From NCBI GenBank assembly GCA_044892525.1, contig CM097885.1:28398001-28462000 (forward strand): a stretch of 64,000 nt of DNA, written 5' to 3'. This stretch comes from Schmidtea polychroa. Its lineage: Eukaryota. Every line of letters begins with the position of its first letter. The stretch's first letter is position 1. Of this stretch, positions 1 to 14,261 are shown piece by piece. The translations under genes and the position numbers were made by a program. The notes under the pieces were generated by a model. It had not been told where the DNA came from. It saw only the letters and a program-made list of their open reading frames with translations, and ran no database searches.

Positions 1-1177
1 ACTCGTGCTAGCTATTCAAGAACAAATAAGTATTTTCATCCCTGAAAGAAAAAAAGTGGGTTTAAAAAATGTGAGCCCAACGCTATGGATAGACCGCCAC
101 AATTCTGCAGAGATTATGATAGAACTTATGGAGCCAGTCATACATTCTTTGGAAATAATTGCAGAATGGTTAGACAGAGATTCATCTATAGTAGGAAAAA
201 TGTAGTCAAACTTGTAGTCTTAGAAGACATTTTCAGCCTTACGATAGGTCTATGTAAGGCATTGCAATCGACAAAAATTGAAATATGCAGAAGTTTGCAT
301 CAACCTGCTTCAAGAAAAAGGAAAAAATTGTGAAAATGTGTTTTCTGCACTATTTAGAGACGCAAATTTATTAGCTAATAAAGTATCTGAAACATACATT
401 GATGTACCACTAGTGAAAAAGAGACAAATGCATCGATGTAATGTTCCAACTATAAATTCAGAAGAATATTTTCGCATATCATGTTATATAACTTTTTTAG
501 ATCAAACCCGACTAAGTCAAATGTATGATAGATTTGTAACTCACAAACATATATTAGAATCTTTTCTCTACCTAATTCCATCGGATGCCAAACTAAAGAA
601 AATGGACGAAGAACTTCAAAATTGTAAGAACCTAATTGACTTCTATCAAAAAGATATTGATTGTAACAAAAAAACTCTTGAATATGAGTTTAAGCTGTGA
701 TACAAAAAATTTGAAGAAATTAAAATCAAACCGACTGCTGCTATAGCTACACATTAGCAATATGTGATCCAATTTTTTATAAAAATATTTATATTCTTCT
801 CACAATATTTGCTACTTTCCCGGTATCAACATCTACAACAGAGCGTTCTTTTTCATCACTTAAATGCCTGAAGTCATATTTAAGAAATAACATGCATGAA
901 AAAAGGTTAAACGGTTTGGCTTTGTTATATATTCATTTAGACATTAAAACAAGTCCCGATGAAATACTTTCTGAATTAATGAAGATCAAAGACGAATTAA
1001 TATTATATTGTAATATGTTCTATGTAATATACATTGTTAATAATTAATAATAAATTTGTTAATTATCTTAAAATATTTTTTCTATTTTTCCATGTCAACT
1101 TTTAACATTGCTCGATTAATTGCAATTATAAATAATTTTGAGCCCCTCCCCAAGCTGAAATCCTGGCTACGTCTCTG
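1..1177 (+). mobile_element. 3' part of a decayed hAT DNA transposon (ZMYM/PRKRIR-like transposase pseudogene) with its right end
   Basis: Broken ORFs. Translation at ~790-945 gives the hAT dimerization motif ILLTIFATFPVSTSTTERSFSSLKCLKSYLRNNMHEKRLNGLALLYIH. GC-richer hAT-type terminus CCTGGCTACGTCTCTG ends at 1177. Confidence 0.8.
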
Positions 1178-1619
1178 GTTAAAATAATATCTAAATTATT
1201 TAAATTGAAAATAAATTAATATTTCGACTCTTTTAAGAACTCATTAATGATAAACTATGTGAATAAACTCAAATAATTTCATATATTTTTGTTTTTATAT
1301 TGCGCCATCTATGAAAACCCAACTTGTTTATCTGGGTTAAATGAGATATTCGCGTGGAGGTAAAAACAATCAAATTACGTGTTTTTCCTTGACAAATGTA
1401 AGAAATTTTCTGGCTGGAATTTTTAAATACAATACACTTTTACTTGTTGTGATATTTTACAAATAATTTAAATAAAATTAAACAATTCATAATCTTTTCG
1501 GCAATTCTTTAAAAAAAATATATGAAATAAATTTATGAATTCTGAAACTCTTTTATGTGGTTACAATATGGAAGTTTATATCAATATCTCTGATCGTTTG
1601 CATAGTTAAATGAATTATT

Positions 1620-3031
1620 TCGCTTGTGCTCTAGAAAAGATGTGTCTATCCGGTTAGAAAGTTGAGAAGTTAATGCTCATGCATTACCCAAAGAAGAATC
1701 ATGTTCTTCATTGGTGACTACCTAAACTTTATTTTTAACTAGGTAAGTTATTAAGTTTTTTTTTTCATAGAACGATTGCTAGTGGGCAAAAAAGGACCCT
1801 CGCTGTTTTGAAAATACTTAGAACCGAGATTTATTATTTCTATTCTCAACGCATCAGTTACAATTGCCTTTCCCGATTCTTCACTAAACTTAAGAAAACT
1901 GATGTAGTGTTCTTCAATCGCTCTAGATATGGAATTTTTTATATTTTCTGCGTCTTTGGACATCAAGTCTTTATTTACTTCAACGTCATCAGTATCTATT
2001 TCTTTGTCAGACCCACCTTCTAATTCTTCAGAAGTAGCATACTTTCTAGAATTAGAATTCTATGAAGACCTTGTCAATATATTTTCAGTTATCTTTTCTG
2101 AATCATTAGATGTCGTATCCAATTCTTTTTCGGTTGAAATTGGCCCCAATCTTTCAATTCTTTAGAAATTCCAGAATTTCCAGGACATTCTGAAAAAATC
2201 GTGTTTGTGCTTGACTTTCTAAAAAACATACTAAAGATTTTGCTGCTTTTTTCTACTTCCTTTGCCTCTAACAAGCGTCTTTTTCGACTTACAGCTCCAC
2301 TTTCTTTCTTCTTCTCAAATGAACGTTTCAGAGCTCTCAATTCTCAGGTACTATTTTCTAAAGTATAAAAAAGAAAACATTTATTTATAATTTGCAATTT
2401 GCGGAAAATAATATCGTTTTAAATACGAACACTGATTAACAGCCATTTTTAAAAAACCACGAAATAAATTTAAAACCAATTTTAATTACTTAAAAAAATA
2501 AAAAAATATATATTTACCTTAATATTTCTTAGATTTATAAAAAACACTGGCCACTTTAACATTCAACAAATTTGTCATTTAAAACGTAATTTAGATATTA
2601 TTCAGGATTGATTCGATCGAAAAACTATCAACTATGTATCAACGAAAATCAAAAGCAAACGAATTTTGAATTGAGCAGCAGACTGCAAAGAGACCGATTC
2701 TCGTTTATCGTACCAACGTTAGAATACCGATGCACGTGCTACGCATCGGTGATTCCCCGTATTCCGAACGGCTTTAGCACAAAACACAACACACGCTACT
2801 ATTTTGTATTTCTTTTTTTCAAATACAAAATCACAGGCATTGAGAGCGCGGACAAACAAACGAAAAACGAAAACGTGCTTTTCCTAAGCAGTTTTTTAAT
2901 ACACATATTTATATCTATTAAAACATTTTTTTATTTTTCTTTGTGTATTTATACGTTAGGCTCTTTTTCGCACCCCTTCAGTTGGAACCCATGGCACGTG
3001 CCATGCCTGCCATACCCTAGTTACGCCTCTG
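1620..3031 (-). mobile_element. 5' end of a second decayed hAT-like element
   Basis: Minus strand begins CAGAGGCGTAACTAGGGTATGGCAGGCATGGCACGTGCCATGGG (hAT-type end) at 3031. ORF fragments 2089-2340 and 1751-1966 (SGAVSRKRR...; LGSKYFQNSEGPF) resemble ZMYM-type transposase N-termini. Inner boundary approximate. Confidence 0.55.
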
Positions 3032-3719
3032 AGTAGCTACAAATGGTTAATGAAAGATTGGATAGTAAAAATAAAGAAATAAAAAGTGCTCATTAAGAAA
3101 GCGAAAACCGTTAAAGAAATACATTAAAAAGAGAGAGTGTTATAGTGAATTAGATTCGTTAAGGTAATGATTTGATGCGGTAACTACCAAGTAATTATCT
3201 GCCCCCAGAGTTAAGTACATTCTATTGACAGTACTTGAAGAAAGAATTGTGAACTATGATATTAATAAAAGATGTCTGTGTTGAGTAAACATTATTTGAA
3301 AGTGTGCGTTTTTATTTTATTATTTTCTATTATATTTATCCCATTTTTAGTTCAGGTTTTAAATATTTTAAAAAGTTGTTTTGTCAAAATGGTTTGTATA
3401 TTTTCTCAATTAATGATATTTTGTCTCATATTCAAACAAAACAAGTTGGCTACTCCTAAGTCAGCTATATTCAGGATATTTTGACAAATAAATTATCTTT
3501 AAGTGTAAATAAGAACTGAACAATAATAATTATTTTTTATTATTGTTTAGAATTTCAAATAGCAACTTTTTAATATGTTACATTATGTTTCAAAAATTCA
3601 AACAGAATAAAACTTTTCTAGAAAATTAATAATGGAAACCTCATAAAATAAAAAACAAATACTTATTTTATGGCATCTTTTCATAAAGAAATGTTTTTAA
3701 TTACTAGAACTTATTGAAT

Positions 3720-3870
<151 letters not shown>

Positions 3871-4379
3871 TTATTTTTTATTATTTTTTTTATTATTTAG
3901 TAATATTAGTATTTGTTGGGTTAGAACCAAAGATTTTTAAAAAATTGTTTCAAGCGTCGAAAATAAACACAAATGAACCAAACAAAGTTGAATAAACTTA
4001 CACGATAATACATCAATAGAAACTAAGTAATTAAGACCCAATTAAAAAACTACTAAAACACATTTAAAAATATAAATGCAAAATGTTGCAAATATTTAAA
4101 TAAGATTTTTTAAAAATAAATTAAAATATCATAATTTATTGAAATATGTTTAATAAAATTTACCATTTCGAATTTAAAATTTATCATGACGACGAAATAA
4201 TAAAATAAAAAAGACTAAATAATTATAGTTCCATTAATATACAAAAGAACCATAATTAACTTCATCGTGTTAAATATAAAATAATTGATAAAAAAATAAT
4301 TAATAATTAATAAAAAATTAATTATTAATTATGGTATTAATTATCATTCAAAAATAATTGACTTAATAATAATTACTTT

Positions 4380-5470
4380 TGGACATTCTTTCTTTGGACA
4401 TTCAAATGAACAATTGTTTTCATTCAACTTCTTACTGTTATCCTCGATATATAAACAAGTTAAAGGTTTGCCTTTCGGTTCTATCAGATCAGGATTGTTA
4501 GCAATAATCTATATTGATAACCTCAAATGACAAACACTGAGAACCATACAATCCATCAATTTCTACGCATGATATGTAGATGATATCTTTATCACGGCCA
4601 AGAGCAGAAAGGAAGTGGAAGAAATATTTCGTACATTCAATGCGGCTCACCGAGATAATAAGTTTGATATCGAATATCCGGAAGAAGATGAACTCCTCAA
4701 TCTTCTGGATTTAGAAATTAAAATAGAAGTAGATACTCCAACTAAAAACCAGATCACAAATAAATATGTATGCACCAAAGATCAGCGCTTCCATACCTAT
4801 AGAAAGTACACATTATAAAAATCGAGAAACAAAGGATTTCAAATCGATGTATTGAAGAAAATGAGAATAATAAACAGCAATTAAACTTCAATAACGTCCT
4901 ACACAGAAATGGATATCACAATAAGGACATTGAAAGAATGAATGCAAACCCAAAAAGATCTAGACAACACCAAAAAAATAAGAAATATTTTTATCTGAAT
5001 ATTCCATTTATCAGTGACATACTCAACTTCAAGATCTTGAAAGAACTTAAACGCACTGGCATTACAATTCATATAGCACATAAATCTTGGACATTGAAAG
5101 AGGCTTTAACAAACAACACAAATAAAGAAATTTTTGCACAATGGAAAACTGCCGGACGCCGAAGAAAATATGCTTTTGAAAAAACGTTGTCTATTGCATC
5201 ACGTGCAATGTATCCAGGGACATATATATTGGAAGCAGGACCTTCAGGACCTTGTACCAAAGAGTTAAAAACATCTAGATCCTGATGGAAAATTCTTGGT
5301 ATACACACATCTCCAACAATGTCAACCAAGAAAGGAAAGAAAAAATATTAATTGAAATCTTAGCCAATGGAAACATCCAAAAGAAAAGCTTCAGATTTAA
5401 AGATGCAATTTTCATAATAAATAGATGACAAATAATCAACTCTAAAGAATAGATCAATGAAATCATTATT
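4380..5470 (+). pseudogene. Penelope-like retroelement relic: RT C-terminus plus GIY-YIG endonuclease
   Basis: YKQVKGLPFGS...LLAIIYIDNL and Y(A*)YVDDIFI RT motifs at ~4450-4590, LNLLDLEI thumb region, and VYCITCNVSRDIYIGS (GIY-YIG) at ~5189-5236. Many stops and frameshifts. Confidence 0.75.
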
Positions 5471-5969
5471 ATTGACCTTGAAAATAATTTCTTTTAAAAA
5501 ATAATAATTTAAAAATAGCATAAAAATCCATTTCAAATTTTAAGGAAGTAAAATTTTAGAGATCATTATAAACATAAAAATACAAACATTTTTTAAAAAT
5601 AAAGTTTAAATTGCGTATGTAAATAGTTGTTAAAAACGTTTTTTTATAGAAGAAATTTCTATGACCTGATTATAGAAGCTGTAAAAACTTAAAAGTTTTT
5701 TATGGTTTTGTTTTGAATTATAGAGGAAATTTAATTAAAAAAGATTTGTAAATTCATTTTGTTTCATTTTGATTCATTTTATTTTTAACCAATGAGAACG
5801 AGGAAAAAGGAAATATAATAGAAGATATAAAAGCATTTGAAAATTTAAGCAACTAAATTCCAGGAGATTGAAAAGGACTATTTTTATAAATGAAAAATCT
5901 TTCATTTTATAAAATAAATACTTCACAGCAAAAAGCTTAAATTATCATTTTTTTTTAAATTAAAAAAAA

Positions 5970-6001
<32 letters not shown>

Positions 6002-9000
6002 TAATAATAAAAAAAAATAAATATTACTATTTTTATTCTAATTATTGTATTGTTGTACTTTTAGTAATTTATTATTTTCTATTTATTTATTTATTAATAC
6101 TTTTTTTATTAATGCAATATTTAATGAATGAATGAATAAAGTTGAAACAAAATTTAATTTATCAATTGAATGGAAAAACAAAATAAATTTAGCATATTCT
6201 CATAACAGAATTCCATTAAATTTTACAAAGGCATTTTAATGAAAATTACTATATAAAACCACAAGAAAAGTGTTGAAAAAACAAATACCCATTAAATATG
6301 AAGGAAAAATTTATTTTAGATGACATTTTGGGATAATCATGATAATTGTAAAATCACCCTTTAGTCTGGAATCTGCTGAATTATTTCGAAAAATCAAAGA
6401 GTTATTGATTAAATTAATTTTCATTAAAAAATTCATTGTAAAAAAACGTGAAATTTTGTATAAATTTATTTTTGTAGTTATTTTTTTGTAGTATGAAAAA
6501 TATAATGAGATATGATTTTGCTGTAAAATGTTCTAACAGTCAGAATTACAATTTTTGGTGTTTAAATGATTAAAAATTATTAATTTAAAATTAACATAAT
6601 TAAATCAAAACTTGATTTTATCTTAAAAATTAAACTTAATTATTATGCAAAAGCAGTTTCAATATTTACAAAATCAAAAAGACTTTTCAAAAATAGCAAA
6701 ATATGTTTTAAAATATATTACTCACAATTTCAATAGTAGCATATATTTTTTATACGAGGTCATTTAAAATTTACTTTACATCTTTAAATTTTAATTAAAT
6801 TATATTTAAAGTAGATATTAACTTGACATGGTCTTAAATTTTTGAAATAATATTTATAATTTTTTTTGTTGCAAAGATGTGATTATGGAAATTATTGTTT
6901 TACCTGACAAAATTGAATCTCAAAAAGTTACAACAACAGGATTGGTCCCAAATGAAGATCTAATCAAAAATAATTTCATGTATTTTTTTACAAATTTTAA
7001 AGACACAGCAAAACGAGATTTATGATTTGTTATTAAATATATTACTAATAAATTATTAATAAAATTGTAATTAAATTTTAAAATATACTCATTGATGTGG
7101 GATTTACGTCAACAGTAAAAACTTATGTGTATGAGAATTTTAACCCTTTTTAGCCTAGGAGATTGTAGCAAAGGTAAATTAAACGGATATAAATTACAGA
7201 GAAATTACATTGCCGAGAGAAGGTGCAACATAGACCCAGAACACCAAGTGGGAATTGTTTCCAACAAACCGATAGCGCATCAATTGGTATGCCATGCCAA
7301 AGGGTATTCAAGGCATTTTAATTCTGAAAATATTTTTATAAGAATTTTTAGTGAGAAATTTATCATTAATTATTATTGTATTAACTAATGAAATTAATAA
7401 CTAATGAATAACTAAAATTATTGCAATTTGATAATTGAATTTCAAATATTATTAATTGTACAGAAAGACGAAATCATTCCACATTAAGATTAATTAAAAA
7501 AGAGAATAATTATAAATTTGTAAATAAAAATGTATCTCTGATTAAAAATGTTTATCAAAGATCTATTGCAAATAATACGCGAGTCAATTGTAAAGTCGCT
7601 GATTATAAAAAAATCCTTAGATCCTAAAATCAACGTTTTTAATTAATTAATTTGTTTTAATTTTATTTCACATTTCATTACACGTACAATTACATAATAT
7701 GATTTTATTGGGTATTTAAACAACGAGTAACCTGAAATCGACAGTTAATCTGAATTTTGTTAATAAATATAATAATAAATATTTACGTTTCTATTATTTA
7801 TTCTATTATTTGAAAGAGAAAGTGGAAAACTAAAAATAAAAAATTAATTTTTCAACCAAATAAAAGTTTTAATTAAGTAAACAAATATTTAAACAAATAA
7901 GAGCATTTATTAAATAGAGTATTAAAAAATTAATTAATTACTTTGAAATTAGCTATATTAAACAAAACTGAAATTACTTAAAATAAATTATAGATTTGCT
8001 TAGAGCGTTAAAATTATGCATTTTCCACAAATGCATTAAATTGTAATAATTGACATTAATTAAAATTTTAATGTTTAATTAAAAGGTTTGTACAAAATAC
8101 ATATTTATTTTTGTTGTTATTGTTATTGTTGATATTTTTGGAATACTGACATTAGGGGAAACTCTTCGGAACTTTTAAACAAAACATAATTCCCAACACA
8201 TAACAAATAAATCTGCATATATAGTTATTTCATTTGTTTTGTTTTAATATGAAAGCATAGTAGAGCTAGTGAAATCTTGAGTAACTAAAACATATATTTT
8301 TCGATTTACTTTTATAATATTTAAAATTGTCGTTGTTCCCATTGAAACCATCTCATGAGCTGAGTATTTCACTGACAATTTCACTGTCATAATTAGATAG
8401 AAACAAAAAATTATATAAATTTTAAATGTCTTATCTGAAAAACATAATAAAATTTTTTTAAAAATAAATTTTTTTTAAAACAATAAAAATATTTTTTTAA
8501 TTAAAAAGTTAAAAAAAGAATATTTTTTATTAAATTTAATAATTGTTTACATTTTTACCATAAATTTCTCAATATTTTTCCCAACTCACTTCATATTTCG
8601 TCGTGTCACTGTTGCATAGCCCATAAAACAGATAACTAAATAATAAATTTGTTAATAATAATTAATTTATAATAAATTAAAACAAAAACAAATCAGAGAG
8701 AAACAAAAAAATGAAGCATTTGAGTTATTATTTATAATGAATAAAACTATGTTAAAAAATGTTAAATATTATATTTTACAATTAAAAACAAGAAAAACAA
8801 AAGTCACTCAACTGTTACAAATAATTTCTCTGCTTATAAAATGTACAATTTATAAAAAATTTATTCTGAAATATTTTACTCCATCGAAATTCAAATTACC
8901 CTTCGATTATTGTGAGAATAATTTAATAAGTAGTAATTTTTATTAATTGCTAAAGTCAGTGAAAATTCGTTTACGAAAACAGTAAAACAACACCAAAGGT

Positions 9001-9715
9001 TTGACGGTAGATATTAAGAAATTTGAGATTCCAGGTCGTAAGTGAGAATAATTTGTTTTAAAATTTAATGGGAAATTCTAAAATTTGACCTCCATTAATT
9101 GCTAGTGTCACGTGACATGGGAAATTAGATCCCATCACTGGTTTTTTATTTAATTTTTATTCGAAATTTAATTACAAGGAAAATAAATTAGTTATTCATT
9201 CAAAATGAGTAGAAAAGATTATGTAAATTAGTATTTTCAAAGAAAAATGACAATTTCAATAATGTCCAATCGGAAGAAATGATAAAATTTAATCATTAAT
9301 TAATTTTTTTTAATTTATAGAAATTAAAAGAATAAATTATAAAAGAAGTAGAAAAAATAATTTTTAATTGAAATAATTCTTTATAGTAATTAAATAACTA
9401 ATTAACAAAACAAAAAGTTCAATATATGGCAGGCATAGAGAAATCATATGTCTTCATAATGTAATTCTTTTCTCTAGCAAATATTTCTTTCTCGTATTTA
9501 TACTAATTTGAGCATCTTTTGAGTTTGGTCAATTATCTTGTCTCTAATTAATGCTAGTTTTTATATATCTTGTCCACGGTAATGAATGCCTTTGGGACTT
9601 CCAGGCAACATTCATAAAAGATTATTTTTAAGAACTATAAATATACTAATTTTTCTGCCGTACTTTTATTTATTATATAATATATATAATACATAATATA
9701 ATAATACTATATATA

Positions 9716-10110
9716 TAGTGCTTTTTTCTGGAAAAAAAGATGCCGGAACGTATCTGTAATATCCTTTATATGCAAAAAAAGACGCTGACATTGATTATTT
9801 TACAATGTGAATTTACAACGCGGACGACAGGAAACGATTTTAATGACGTAGTATATTAATGGGGTATATTTACCGTGAGTGTGTTTTATATAATAGTAAT
9901 AAGTTATTACTAATAACACATCGGACGCACGGAGTTATGATTCACTCGCTTTGGCGTACGACTACTACTTTTAATTAGATTGTAATTGACTATTTCAAAT
10001 GTCAGAAATAGAAATATGACAAAAGACAAAAACCTATGTCAATTTTTTAAAATCATTCAGCGAAAAAGGTGCCGGAACGCCGTTCCGGAGCGTTCCGTCA
10101 GAAATATAAA
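9716..10110. mobile_element. hAT-derived MITE
   Basis: Left end TAGTGCTTTTTTCTGGAAAAAAAGATGCCGGAACG, right subterminal AAAAAGGTGCCGGAACGCCGTTCCGGAGCGTTCCG. No ORF; right TIR degraded. Confidence 0.5.
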
Positions 10111-12184
10111 AGAGAGCTTAAAGACTATAAATCAGTAATATATCAATGTTTTTTGATACTCACAAATTTTCGGCATTGCCTTTTTCAATTTATTTGTGGA
10201 TGACATCCTTAACATGATGGAACAAAACAAACACAAAATTTTAAATCAAAATATAAAGATAATTTCTTCAAACGAAATCTTCATAGTGATAAATTTGTAG
10301 GTCATTGGGAATCATAATGACCGGACAAAAGAAAAATATTTTCAAATTTGCTTATTCTGAAAAGCAATAAATTATATTTAATTAATCATAAAAATAAAAG
10401 TCTTTAATTCATTATTTTTGATTGTTAAAATAACTAATTTACAAAATCATGTTCAATTGACTAAACGATGCACAAGTATTGATTTAAACAAATTAATATG
10501 AATTAAAAAATTTAAATAAATATAAATAATAAACTGTTGCAGTAAATTAAAACAAAATATACAAGAAACACAATTTATCTAAATTAATATTTTTTCCTAA
10601 TTCTTTTAGCGATTTTTAACTCGTTGAATTTTGATCGGTTAATGAAAATTATTATCTGTTTCTCTCTTTATGATTTTAATTTTATCCATTTTTTCTATCA
10701 TTCGAAAAAAATATTTTAATGTACTTCTATTTATAAACAATTTTTGCATACGAGATGAAATGTATATAAATATTAATTATTTTATTTTCCTAAAAAAGAC
10801 ATTTTATAAATACCCAAATGAATTACTCGTTGTAATTTATTAGGTTTTTTATTAACTACTATAAAACTCATTTACTAATAAAATTAATTATTTTTATGCA
10901 ACATAAACATTGTTGACTTGTTGCAGCAAAATCAACAAAATTAATAAAAAAAATTGATAAGGACTGCAGAAAATCTGTCAAAAATATTGGTAGCACTTTT
11001 TGCTAGATTTTTTCTTCTGTAACGATTAAAATTATTATAGCAATAACATTTTTTTTATTTCAGTCAAAATTTTTATATTTTTTATGCATGTTTTTACTTT
11101 TTCACTCTTGAAATTTCAATATTGAAAAAAATAAAAAAAAAAAAAAAAAACACGAAAAACTTTTAACTGGTTTTCTTTAAAATACTTTCTTAAGAGTGAT
11201 ATCAATAGTAAAGTTTCGACCAGGACCTTGAGTCCTGCAAATGTTATGATGGCAAATGCCATTCATTACACCAAAATGCAAATGATTTATAATGAAGAAA
11301 CTTCAACGTTTACGTCAATATGTTGGAAAGAGGTAGATATGTGAATATGTTTAAAGCTTACAAATACTACAAAATATTACCAAATACGTACAGAGTCAAC
11401 GAAAATGTAAAAATTGAATAATAGTTGATGCGGAAGATTGGTAAGTGCTCAAATTCAGTGGGACATCATCTTATACAAATTGTATTTATGATCTACAAAG
11501 GTCAGTAAAATAAATTAATATTTAATTAAATTTTTAATTAAATGGGAAAAATAATGAAAAATGAAATTTCAAGTGTCGAAATTTTAGTACAAATATGAAC
11601 AAATTTTTAATAGTGTTCGACCTCATAAATTAGCGTAGAAGCTAATTCCAGAAAATCAGGTCTTCTTGAATCTCAAACTAAAGCGTAAATTTTTTTGATC
11701 AATTTAGCCAGCATTTGTTGTCTAATTTCTATCATATAGGATATTTAATTGTGATATTTTATTGTAATTATTGTTATTTGGTAAATAAAAGATTTACTAA
11801 TTAGCCAATTTAAGGAACCCTTATGAGTATATAATTATTTCGCCTAACCCGGGATCATAAATAATAGAATATTCACAATCAAGGTAGTACATCTAGGTAG
11901 TAACAAAAATGTTTAAATATTATTTTATTATTAGATACACAAACCAGTTTTGAGGATTTATCAAAAGATGGTGAAACTAGTATTGAATCGCATCGGACCA
12001 TCTGGTAACTCTATTAGTGCAAAAGTATAATCATTTTACTCTTAAAAATTAGTATGTGTCGTTTCGCTGAAGTGAGTAGGTAGATAGTGGCTTACGGCAA
12101 CAATTACCCCCCCCCCCGGGGGGGGGGTTGTTGCAACTTTTTTTTGTTGCCTTAATTTTTTTGTTGCAACTTTTGATTACGCAA

Positions 12185-12870
12185 TTTTTCACACTATAGT
12201 GAGGGGGTCTCGATGGTCCTGGGATTTTCAATGCAAAAAAAATTTTTCTATACAAAAACGATGGTCCTGGGATTTTCAATACAAAAAAAATTTTTCTATA
12301 CAAAAATCCGACTACCACCAAAAAAGCATGGAATTTTCACACTATAGTGAGGGGGTCTCGATGGTCCTGGGATTTTCAATACAAATAAAATTTTTTCTAT
12401 ACAAAAACGATGGTCCTGGGATTTTCAATACAAATAAAATTTTTTCAATACAAAAAGGCGGTCTCACTAAAAAAGCATGGAATTTTCATACTATAGTGAG
12501 GGGGTCTCGATGGTCCTGGGATTTTCAATACAAAAAAATTTTTTCAATACAAAAAGGCGGTCTTCAATAAAAAAGCATGGTAATTTAAGGTCTCAGGATA
12601 TTTTCTATACAAAAATCCGACTACCACTAAAAAAGCCAAGGATTTTTCAGACTATAGTGAGGTGAGTCTCCTTGGACCTGAGAAAAAGGTGGTCTACACT
12701 AAAAACGTGGTAAATTTTTCAATTAAAGTAAATATTTTCAATACAAAAATCCGATTATCACTAAAAAAGCATGGAATTTTCAAAGAAAATTAATGCGGGT
12801 CTCCTTGGTCCTGAGAATTTCAATAGAAAAAGGTGGTCTACACTAAAAAAGCGTGGTAAATTTTTAAAAT
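12185..12870. repeat. Subterminal modular tandem array (GATGGTCCTGGGATTTTCAATACAAAAA / ACTATAGTGAGGGGGTCTC / AAAAAGCATGG modules)
   Basis: Direct reading; mirrored and expanded at ~25440-26630. Confidence 0.85.
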
Positions 12871-13830
12871 AAAGTAAATAATGGGTCTAAAAATTAAATT
12901 ACAGTAAATTTTTCAATTACATTTAATTATGGTCCAAATTTTTGAATTACAGTAAATAATGGTTCTAAAAATTGAATTACAGTAAATTATGGTTCTTAAA
13001 AATTAAATTACAGTAAATAATGGTCCAAATTTTTCAATTACAGTTAATTATGGTTCTAAAAAAATTAAATTACAGTAAATAATGGTCCAAATTTTTGAAT
13101 TACAGTAAATAATGGTTCTAAAAAATTAAATTACAGTAAATAATGGTTCTTAAAAATTAAATTACAGTAAATAATGGTCCAAATTTTTCAATTACAGTTA
13201 ATTATGGTTCTAAAAAAATTAAATTAAAGTAAATTAAGGTTCAAATTTTTCAATTAAAGTAAATTATGGTCCAAATTTTTGAATTACAGTAAATAATGGT
13301 CCAAATTTTTGAATTACAGTAAATAATGGTTCTAAAAATTGAATTACTGTAAATTATGGTTCTAAAAAATTAAATTACAGTAAATTATGGTTCTTAAAAA
13401 TTAAATTACAGTAAATAATGGTCCAAATTTTTCAATTACAGTTAATTATGGTTCTAAAAAATTAAATTAAAGTAAATTAAGGTTCAAATTTTTCAATTAA
13501 AGTAAATAATGGTCCAAATTTTTTAATTAAAGTAAATTATGGTTCTAAAAAATTAAATTACAGTAAATTATGGTCCAAATTTTTCAATTAAAGTAAATTA
13601 TGGTTCAAATTTTTCAAATAAGGTAATTATGGTTCTAAAAAATTAAATTAAAGTAAATTAAGGTTCTAAAAATTAAATTACAGTAAATAATGGTTCTAAA
13701 AAATTAAATTAAAGTAAATTATGGTCCAAATTTTAAAATTAAAGTAAATTATGGTTCTAAAAAATTAAATTAAAGTAAATTAAGGTTCTTAAAAATTAAA
13801 TTACAGTAAATAATGGTCCAAATTTTAAAA
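12870..13830. repeat. ~31-bp AT-rich minisatellite (AATTACAGTAAATAATGGTTCTAAAAATTAA-like)
   Basis: Direct reading; shorter mirrored array at ~24945-25435. Confidence 0.85.
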
Positions 13831-14261
13831 TTAAGTAATCAAAGTAAAAAATAAAAATTAAAGTTAAATAAGTAAATTAAAGTAATAATTTTTTAAATAA
13901 GTAAATTAAAGTAATGTAATAAGTAAATTAAAGTAAGATTTTAAAATTTAATTACAAAATAATAGAAGGTGTTTGAGAATTGAAATTTTTTAATGAAAAT
14001 TTTTATGAAATAATTTTTAAGTAATTTTTAATAGAAATTTTAATGAAATATTTTTCAATGGTAATTTTTAATGGAAATTTTTATGGAATAATTTTTTAAG
14101 TAATTTTTAATGGAAATTTTTATGAAATATTTTTCAATGATAATTTTAGATGGAAATTTTTATGAAATATTTTTCAATGATAATTTTAGATGGAAATTTT
14201 TAAGATAATTTTTAATGAAAATTTTTATGAAATATTTTTCAAAGACAAATTTTAATAATAA

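Noticed and set aside
1141..3031. Ends at 1177 and 3031 as a TIR pair of one element
   Set aside because: Both are in the same orientation, so they belong to separate elements.
5655..5700. Hammerhead ribozyme at the Penelope 3' end
   Set aside because: CTGATGA/GAAA core not intact.
12049..12665. Repetitive ORFs in the subterminal arrays (also 25756-26599)
   Set aside because: Arise from tandem repeats; not conserved in frame between the two arms.
12185..13830. CRISPR-like repeat array
   Set aside because: No unique spacers, eukaryotic context, no cas genes.
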